64,000 bases of DNA from Actinomycetota bacterium. GTDB lineage: Bacteria; Actinomycetota; CADDZG01; JAHWKV01; JBOGWP01. Shown here piece by piece: positions 57,393 through 64,000 of this stretch. The translations under genes and the position numbers were made by a program. The first letter of the stretch is position 1. Each line of letters begins with the position of its first letter. The notes beneath the pieces were generated by a model. The model was not told the origin of the DNA. It was given only the letters and a program-made list of their open reading frames with translations, and ran no database searches. The stretch is from NCBI GenBank assembly GCA_050693875.1, contig JBOGWP010000095.1:9232-73231 (forward strand), read 5' to 3'.

Positions 57393-58483
57393 TGGTGCAG
57401 GTAAAGCAGGCGGAGGCCCCACCGCCGCAGGCGGCCCATGCGCTGCTCACGGTCGAGGGGCTCGTGAAGCACTTCCCGGTGACGAAGGGGATCCTGCTGC
57501 GGCGGACCGCGGGGCTGGTGCGTGCCGTCGACGGCATCGGCCTGTCGATCCGGCAGGGCGAGACCTTCGGGCTGGTGGGGGAGTCGGGGTGCGGGAAGTC
57601 GACGAGTGCTCGCTGCGTTCTCCGGCTGATCGAGCCCACCGAAGGCAGCATCCGGCTGGAGGGCGAGGAGATCACCGGTCTGGACCGCAAGCGCCTGCGC
57701 GTGCTCCGGCGGGACATGCAGATGATCTTTCAGGACCCGTACGCCTCGCTGAACCCGAGGATGACCGTCAGGGACATCGTCGCCGAGCCGCTCAAGATCC
57801 ACGGCCTGTGGCGCGACCGCGGGCAGCAGCGGGTGGCCGAGCTGCTGGAGCGGGTCGGGCTCAATCCGGAGCATGGAAACCGATATCCGCACGAGTTCTC
57901 CGGCGGGCAGCGGCAGCGGATCGGGATCGCGCGGGCGCTGGCGCTGTCGCCGAAGCTGATCGTCTGTGACGAACCGGTGAGCGCGCTCGATGTCTCGATC
58001 CAGGCGCAGATCATCAACCTGCTCGAGGACCTCCAGCGCGAGCTCAGGCTCACCTACCTCTTCATCGCCCATGATCTCTCCGTCGTGCGGCACATCAGCG
58101 ACACCGTCGGGGTTATGTACCTGGGCAAGATCGTGGAGAAGACCGACCGCAACACGCTGTACCGCGAGCCGCTCCACCCGTACAGCCAGGCGCTGCTCTC
58201 GGCGGTCCCGATCCCGGATCCGGCCAAGGAGCGCCGGCGGCGCCGGATCATCCTCCGGGGGGACGTTCCAAGCCCAATCAACCCCCCATCGGGCTGCCGG
58301 TTCCACACCCGCTGTTTCCTCGCCCAGGAGCTTGGGGAGTCCGGCACGGTCGACATCCTCCCGGTGGGGCGTGACCAGCGGCCGGTGCCGAAGGTGTGCG
58401 CCGAGGAGGAGCCTCCGCTCGCCGAGCACAAGACGGGGCACCTGGCCGCGTGTCACTTCGCCCGCCCGCGCAGCGTCGTCTGA
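57392..58483 (+). CDS. ABC transporter ATP-binding protein (DppF/OppF-type)
   Basis: ATG overlaps the upstream stop (TGATG). Walker A (GESGCGKST), signature (FSGGQRQR). Confidence 0.9.
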   Translation: MVQVKQAEAPPPQAAHALLTVEGLVKHFPVTKGILLRRTAGLVRAVDGIGLSIRQGETFGLVGESGCGKSTSARCVLRLIEPTEGSIRLEGEEITGLDRKRLRVLRRDMQMIFQDPYASLNPRMTVRDIVAEPLKIHGLWRDRGQQRVAELLERVGLNPEHGNRYPHEFSGGQRQRIGIARALALSPKLIVCDEPVSALDVSIQAQIINLLEDLQRELRLTYLFIAHDLSVVRHISDTVGVMYLGKIVEKTDRNTLYREPLHPYSQALLSAVPIPDPAKERRRRRIILRGDVPSPINPPSGCRFHTRCFLAQELGESGTVDILPVGRDQRPVPKVCAEEEPPLAEHKTGHLAACHFARPRSVV

Positions 58484-58487
58484 GCGT

Positions 58488-60098
58488 TTGACGCCGGGCC
58501 ACGCGGGGGCGGCGCGTGCCCGAGGGCTTCGGGCTGTGGCCGTCTCGGTGCTCGTCGTCGTGCTGGCCGGGTGCGGCCTGCTCCCGGAGCGGGGACGAAG
58601 CCGCCCCCGGGTGCGCGGTCAGGTGACGGTCGGGCTGGCCGACCTCGTGCCGCTCGATCCTGCCCGGGCGACGAGCGATGGCGCCATGACCCTGCTGGCC
58701 ACCGCGTGTCAGGGGCTGCTGTCGCTCGACCCCCAGCACGGCACGCCCCGCGCCGACCTGGCCGACCGGTGGGATCTTGCCCAGGGAGCCCGCCGCATGA
58801 CCCTGCGCCTGCGCGAGGGGATCCGCTTCTCCGACGGGAGGCCCGTCGACGCCGACGCGGTCGTCGAGAGCTTGACGCGGGTGGCGCGCCCCGAGGCCGC
58901 TTCGCCCTGGGCGCACCTGCTCCAGCCCGTCGCCGGGTTCGCCGAGCTCCAGGCCGGCGCGTCTCCCCGCTTGGAGGGCGTCCGGGCAACGGGGCCGCGG
59001 ACCGTGGAGATCGAGCTGACCCAGCCGCTCTCGGATCTGCCGGCAATCCTTGCGCACCCGGCCCTCGTCCCCGTCTCGGTCTCGGCATCGATCCGCGACC
59101 CCGAGGGCTTCAACCGCCGGCCCGTCTGCTCCGGCCCCTACCGCTTCCGCGCCGCGCCCGGGGAGCAGGACGCGCTGCTCGAATGGTGGCCGGGCGGCGT
59201 CGATGGGTCGTCGCCGGCGCCGGCCCGGATTGCGGTCCGGGGATTCGACTCGGTCGACGAGGCGTACGAGGCATTCGAGCGCGGCGAGGTCGACGTCGCC
59301 GCGCTGCCCGAGGGGCGGGCCGGCGGGGGCCTTCCCCAGGGCGTCGGCGTGCTGCGGCGCGGCACTCTCGAGGTGACCTATCTCGCCTTCGACACCGCGA
59401 AGCCGCCGGTGAACGACCCCCGCCTGCGCCGTGCCGTCTCGCTGGCGATCAACCGGTTGGCGATCGTCGACGCGGCCTTCGGCGACCGGCGGGAACCCGC
59501 GCTCCGCTGGCTCGCCGGGCCGGGAGGGACCTCGGGCTGCGCGACGTCTGCCGAGATCGTGGCCGAGCCCGAACGGGCAAAGCAGGCACTCGGAGACATC
59601 GCCACGACGGGCGTGCGCCTCCCGCTGGTCGTCCCGGCGTCGGGGGTTGGACGCCTTGTGGCCCAGGCGCTGCAGGTCCAGATCGAGGAAGTCCTGGGGC
59701 TCGACGTGGCTGCCCAGGTGGTCGACGATCCCGCCCTTCAGGCCTCGCTGGCCGATCGAGCGGCGGCAGGGTGGCTGCTCACCGCCGGGCCCGACATTCC
59801 CGTTCCCGGCCGCCTGCTCTCCAGCGTGGCCGGCACCGGGGGGCCGGCCAACCCGCTCGGGTTCTCGGACGCCGAGCTCGACCGCCTGCTCGCCCGCGCT
59901 CAGGCGTCGGGGGAGCCGCAGGAGCGTGAGCGCCTCCTCGAGCAGGCCGAGGCAGCGGCCTGCGAGCTGATGCCCGCGGTGCCCTTATGGAAGAGCGTCC
60001 GCCACTACGCCTACCGGCCCGGGAAGATCCGCATCGAGGGCGAACCGGCGCAGGATGTGTTCGGGCGCCTCCTGCTCCGGCTGGCACATCCAAGGTGA
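58488..60098 (+). CDS. ABC transporter substrate-binding protein, family 5 (paralog 2)
   Basis: TTG at 58488 gives MTPGHAGAARARGLRAVAVSVLVVVLAGCG (lipobox). An alternative GTG lies at 58536. The ...RLREGIRFSDGRPVDADAVVESL... core is present. Confidence 0.7.
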   Translation: MTPGHAGAARARGLRAVAVSVLVVVLAGCGLLPERGRSRPRVRGQVTVGLADLVPLDPARATSDGAMTLLATACQGLLSLDPQHGTPRADLADRWDLAQGARRMTLRLREGIRFSDGRPVDADAVVESLTRVARPEAASPWAHLLQPVAGFAELQAGASPRLEGVRATGPRTVEIELTQPLSDLPAILAHPALVPVSVSASIRDPEGFNRRPVCSGPYRFRAAPGEQDALLEWWPGGVDGSSPAPARIAVRGFDSVDEAYEAFERGEVDVAALPEGRAGGGLPQGVGVLRRGTLEVTYLAFDTAKPPVNDPRLRRAVSLAINRLAIVDAAFGDRREPALRWLAGPGGTSGCATSAEIVAEPERAKQALGDIATTGVRLPLVVPASGVGRLVAQALQVQIEEVLGLDVAAQVVDDPALQASLADRAAAGWLLTAGPDIPVPGRLLSSVAGTGGPANPLGFSDAELDRLLARAQASGEPQERERLLEQAEAAACELMPAVPLWKSVRHYAYRPGKIRIEGEPAQDVFGRLLLRLAHPR

Positions 60099-60139
60099 GA
60101 GCCGCTTGCGAGCCTCGACCCGATGGTAGATTCCGCCGG

Positions 60140-61813
60140 TTGACCGACGCCGGAACCCACCTCAGATCCAGGACCCTCGCCGTGGTGGCGCTCTGCGCGC
60201 TCACGCTGGCCGCCTGCGATGCCTCGGGTGACGGCGCCGAGACCTCGCGGCCCCGCGCCGGTGGGACGCTCACCGTGGCGATCCTCGAGCCCAAGTCGAT
60301 CGACCCGTCCCGGACGTCGGATGCCGATCGGGCGGGGGAGCGGCCCGGCCTGCTGGTGCTCTCGGCACTGTGCGACCCGCTCGTCGCCGCCGACCCGCGG
60401 ACGGGGGCGCTGCGGCCGGGGGTTGCCGAATCGTGGCAGGTTGCACTGGACGGCAAGAAGGTGACCTTCAAGCTGCGGGCCGGGGCGAGGTTCCACAACG
60501 GGCGTGAGATCACCGCGGAGGACTACGTCTACTCGATCTCGCGCTTCGTCCACCCCGACACGAGCTCCGACCAGTACTTCTTCTTCGAGCGCGTGGCCGG
60601 CTACAAGGATCTGCGGGAGCGGCGGTCGCAAACGCTCGCCGGCGTGAAGGCGCTCGACCCTCGCACGCTCGAGGTGGAGCTGGCGGAGCCGTTCGCCGAG
60701 CTGCCGGCGGTGCTGGCTCACCCGGCGGCCGGCTCGGTGGTGCCGAAGGACGAGGTTGCGAAAGGCGCGGACGCCTTCGCCATGGCGCCGGTTTGCAACG
60801 GACCTTACGCCATGGCGGCTCCGTGGCAGCGTGGCCAGGATCTGCGGCTGGTCCGGGCGAAGGATTATTCGAGGACGAGCTCCGTTCACAGCCGGGATGG
60901 AGCCGGCTATGCCGACGAGATCGTCTTCAAGACGGTGCCCGACCTCGAGGCCGGCTACAAGCTCCTCGAGGAGAAGGCGGTGCAGGTCGCCGACGTGCCG
61001 GTGAACAGGATCGCGCCGGGCCGCGTGCGGGGGCTCAGGATCGAGAACCGCTCCAACGGCCTGCTCTCGTATCTCGGATTCCCGGTGACGCGGCCCCCGT
61101 TCGACAAGCCGGAGGTCCGCCGGGCGCTGTCGCTGGCGCTCGACCGTAGCGAGATCGTCGACACCCTGCTCGCCGGGACGCGCGAGGTTGCCACGGGGTT
61201 CCTTCCCGGTAGCGCCGGGCGCGCCGCCCGCGGCGCCGCCTGCCCCGACACGATCAAGGCGAAAGTCGACGCCCGCGGGGCCAGCACCGCCCTGCAGGCC
61301 GCCGGGGTCGACCCCGCGGCCACGAAGCTCACCGTGTACTTCAACGACGGGGCCTCGGGACACCAGGCCTGGCTCGAGAAGGTTGCCGGCCAGTGGAAGT
61401 CGGCGCTGAAGCTCGACTCCACGCTGCAGCCGCAGGAGTTCAAGCTCTACCTCGACTTCCTCGCCGAAGGGAAGGCCGACGGCCCCTTCCGGTTGGCGTG
61501 GCCGGCCGACTACCCCTCGCCGGAATCGATCTTCGGACCGCTGTTCGCGGGAGGCAGCCTGGACAACTACACCATGTTCAGGAACCAGGCCTTCGACGAT
61601 CTGTTGGCGAGGGCGCGAGCGACTCCGGACGAGCGGGCTCGGCGCGGCGTGTACACCGAGGCGGCAAAGGTCCTCTGCAGCGAGATGCCGGCTGCGCCGG
61701 TGTGGTTCGGAGCCAACCACATCGGGTTGGCGGCAGGTCTGCCGAGCGCGGTCCGCAGCCCGACCGGGCTCCTCGGGGAGCCGCTTGTTCGGGAGCTGGG
61801 CACGCGGTCTTGA
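60140..61813 (+). CDS. ABC transporter substrate-binding protein, family 5 (paralog 3)
   Basis: TTG start gives MTDAGTHLRSRTLAVVALCALTLAAC (lipobox). ...KLRAGARFHNGREITAEDYVYSI... . Confidence 0.75.
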   Translation: MTDAGTHLRSRTLAVVALCALTLAACDASGDGAETSRPRAGGTLTVAILEPKSIDPSRTSDADRAGERPGLLVLSALCDPLVAADPRTGALRPGVAESWQVALDGKKVTFKLRAGARFHNGREITAEDYVYSISRFVHPDTSSDQYFFFERVAGYKDLRERRSQTLAGVKALDPRTLEVELAEPFAELPAVLAHPAAGSVVPKDEVAKGADAFAMAPVCNGPYAMAAPWQRGQDLRLVRAKDYSRTSSVHSRDGAGYADEIVFKTVPDLEAGYKLLEEKAVQVADVPVNRIAPGRVRGLRIENRSNGLLSYLGFPVTRPPFDKPEVRRALSLALDRSEIVDTLLAGTREVATGFLPGSAGRAARGAACPDTIKAKVDARGASTALQAAGVDPAATKLTVYFNDGASGHQAWLEKVAGQWKSALKLDSTLQPQEFKLYLDFLAEGKADGPFRLAWPADYPSPESIFGPLFAGGSLDNYTMFRNQAFDDLLARARATPDERARRGVYTEAAKVLCSEMPAAPVWFGANHIGLAAGLPSAVRSPTGLLGEPLVRELGTRS

Positions 61814-63411
61814 TCGAAGGGGGATCACAACGGTCGCGGCGAGCGCGAGCACGCTGCCGGCCTTTTCCCGCCAGCGCGCTCCTGCTCACCGCCGTGGTTG
61901 CGTTCGCAGCGTGCCGGGGCGGCTCCGAGCCCACTGTCACTCCGACGCCCGAGCTGCGCGTGGCCATCCGACCGCCGGCTGCCATCGACCCCGCTACCCT
62001 CCGCGATCGCTCGGAGCTGCTGGTCGCGCGGCAGCTCTACGAGCCGCTCCTGCGCTTCGACCCCGAGACGCTCGAGCTGAAATCCGGCATCGCCCGTTCC
62101 TGGGATGTGCTGGACGGGGGCAGCCGATTCGTGTTCCACCTCCGGCCGGACGCCCGCTTCCACGACGGGCATCCTGTCACCGCGCAGGACGCCGCCTTCG
62201 CGCTGAGCCGCCTGGTGCGGCGGGAGACGGGGTCAGAGCTGTCGTTTCTCCTCGAGGCGGTGGCCGGCTTCGCGGCGGTGCGAGCCGGCGAGGCGGCCGA
62301 ACTGGAGGGGGTCCGGGCGCTCGACGAGGTGACCCTCGAGGTCCGGATCGCGACCCCGTGGGTCGACTTCCCCTATGTGCTGTCGCACCCCGCGACCGCG
62401 CCGGTTCCGAAGCAGGGGCTCGCGCTCGACCCGGTGGGCTTCGCACGGAAGCCGGCGGGGTCGGGGGCCTATCGGGTGGCGAAGCCGTGGAAGCCGGGCG
62501 GCGACCTGGTCCTCGAGGCGACTCCGGGCTCCCGCGGCACGCCGCGCGTCCGGTTCGTTGCCATCGCCGATCCGGACGGCGGCTGGGCGGACCTCCAGGC
62601 CGGGAGGGTGGACATCGCCGAGGTGCCGCCGGGCAAGCTGGCCGAGGCGCGGAACCGATACGGGACCGCAGGTTTCTCGCCGGTTGCCGCCGGCGTGTAC
62701 CTCGGCTTCAACCTGAAGGGGCCGAAGCTCGCCGACCTCGCCGTGCGACGGGCGGTCAGCCTGGCCATCGACCGCACCGCCATCGCCGACCAAGTCTACG
62801 AGGAGGTCCTCGTTCCGGCGACCAGCATCGTCCCCGTGGGCATCCCCGGACGCAACGAGATGGCCTGCGGCCCGCTCTGCAAGCACGATCCCGACGGGGC
62901 ACGGGCGCTGCTCGCCCAGGCTCCCGCCGGACCGGTCACGATCGCGTTCGACTACCCCGCTGGGGCCACGCAGGACGCGCTTGCCGCCGCCATCGAGCAC
63001 AACCTTGCCGACGTCGGGATCCAGCTGCAGCCGCGTCCCCACCCGCTCCCCGAGTTCCTCGACCTGCTCGAGGCCGAGGGCCAGGAGAGCTTCCGGATTC
63101 TGTGGGTCGCCGAGTATCCGCTCGCCGACTGGTTCCTGACGCCGCTCTTCGCGCCCGGGGCCCGGGACAACCACACCGGGTACGCCGCCCCCGAGGTCGG
63201 TGATCTGCTCGCGCGCGCCCGCTCGGCGCCGGGGCGCGAAGAGCGTCTGCGCCTGTACCGGGAGGCCGAGGCCCGCGTGATGCAGGACCTCCCCGTCGTC
63301 CCGATCGGCTTCTTCCGCAACCACTACGCCGCCCGGCCCGACGTGCGCGGACTGAATGTCGACCAGTTGGGAGCCTTCGACATCGATCGCCTGACCCTTC
63401 GTGCGCCGTAG
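61810..63411 (+). CDS. ABC transporter substrate-binding protein, family 5 (paralog 4)
   Basis: TTG at 61810 overlaps the upstream TGA (TTGA). Signal ...SALLLTAVVAFAAC. ...HLRPDARFHDGHPVTAQDAAFAL... . Confidence 0.7.
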   Translation: MIEGGSQRSRRARARCRPFPASALLLTAVVAFAACRGGSEPTVTPTPELRVAIRPPAAIDPATLRDRSELLVARQLYEPLLRFDPETLELKSGIARSWDVLDGGSRFVFHLRPDARFHDGHPVTAQDAAFALSRLVRRETGSELSFLLEAVAGFAAVRAGEAAELEGVRALDEVTLEVRIATPWVDFPYVLSHPATAPVPKQGLALDPVGFARKPAGSGAYRVAKPWKPGGDLVLEATPGSRGTPRVRFVAIADPDGGWADLQAGRVDIAEVPPGKLAEARNRYGTAGFSPVAAGVYLGFNLKGPKLADLAVRRAVSLAIDRTAIADQVYEEVLVPATSIVPVGIPGRNEMACGPLCKHDPDGARALLAQAPAGPVTIAFDYPAGATQDALAAAIEHNLADVGIQLQPRPHPLPEFLDLLEAEGQESFRILWVAEYPLADWFLTPLFAPGARDNHTGYAAPEVGDLLARARSAPGREERLRLYREAEARVMQDLPVVPIGFFRNHYAARPDVRGLNVDQLGAFDIDRLTLRAP

Positions 63412-64000
63412 CCTGATCGTCGCAGCCGTCCTCCTGCTCGCCGCGGGCGTGGCGGCGGCGGTGTGGATGTTCGGCCGTGGGCCGTCGGGGGGCCCAACGC
63501 CGACCCCCGGGATGTCGCGCCCTGCCGGTCCCCAGAGCGACGTGACCGTCGCCTATCCGGAAGAGCCCTCCTCGTTCAACCCCTATCTGTACGAGGGCGA
63601 CACGAACGCGACCCGGGACCTGCTCCGGCCCTTGCTCCCGACCCTGCTGCGGATCGATCCGTCGCTGCGATACCGCCCCTGGCTTGCCTCCCGGGTCCCC
63701 TCCGGCAACGACATCGGGAGCAGTCCCTTCTCCGTCACCTATCACCTGCGTCCGGACGCGCGCTGGTCGGACGGCACGCCGATCACCGCAGCCGACGTCC
63801 GCTTCACCTGGGAGACGATCCGCAACTCGGCCTGGCCGATCGCCGACCGCACCGGGTACGATCAGCTGGCCGATGTTGCGGCGATCGACCCGCAGACGGT
63901 CCGGCTGGTCTTCGATCGGCCCTATGCCGCGTGGCGGGATCTGTTCTCCGCCGGCGATTTCATCCTCCCGAAGCACGTCCTGCAGGGGAAGGACTTCGGC
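63401..64000 (+). CDS. ABC transporter substrate-binding protein, family 5 (paralog 5; 3' end runs off right edge)
   Basis: GTG at 63401 overlaps the paralog-4 3' end. VRRSLIVAAVLLLAAGVAAAVWMF signal-anchor, then ...YHLRPDARWSDGTPITAADVRFTWETI... It is not in the ORF track because there is no stop in the window. Confidence 0.7.
   Translation, partial: MRRSLIVAAVLLLAAGVAAAVWMFGRGPSGGPTPTPGMSRPAGPQSDVTVAYPEEPSSFNPYLYEGDTNATRDLLRPLLPTLLRIDPSLRYRPWLASRVPSGNDIGSSPFSVTYHLRPDARWSDGTPITAADVRFTWETIRNSAWPIADRTGYDQLADVAAIDPQTVRLVFDRPYAAWRDLFSAGDFILPKHVLQGKDFG

Overview
This is a high-GC (about 70%) window that looks like an actinobacterial-type core chromosome. The core synteny is sufD-sufB, trpF, uvrB ... 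uvrA-plsC-(CDP-alcohol transferase)-cdsA ... uvrC-rapZ ... gap-pgk-tpiA-secG. F420-type enzymes (a DUF385 nitroreductase and an LLM oxidoreductase) and a conserved MoxR cluster fit that assignment. Coding density is very high. Most long ORFs in the six-frame track are antisense shadows of the real genes, and many real genes start at GTG or TTG with 4-bp stop/start overlaps.

Accessory content of note:
- A 6.7-kb minus-strand operon: a FAR-HAD fusion, a Zn-ADH, a LarA-like protein, a PlsC acyltransferase and a TetR regulator. It lies downstream of an orphan GAF histidine kinase and a perfect 46-bp tandem repeat. I interpret it as a candidate unusual-lipid pathway (long-chain diol or fatty-alcohol lipid). 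This is the most likely 'new system' in the window.
- A redox pair: a DUF2269 membrane protein fused to a cupredoxin, followed by a tandem-USP protein fused to a Rieske [2Fe-2S] domain.
- The conserved RDD / SpoIIM-like / DUF58 / MoxR / DUF4350 / DUF4129 cluster, here extended by a large proline-rich GPDPase-membrane-domain protein.
- A decayed ECF sigma / anti-sigma locus with frameshifts at G/C homopolymers.
- A copZA locus with a CsoR-type operator but no csoR gene.
- An orphan beta-class DNA methyltransferase next to uvrB.
- A DUF559/AbiEi pseudogene with an in-frame TGA.
- A peptide/nickel-type ABC transporter carrying five paralogous substrate-binding-protein genes.

No rRNA, tRNA, CRISPR array or transposase was recognised.
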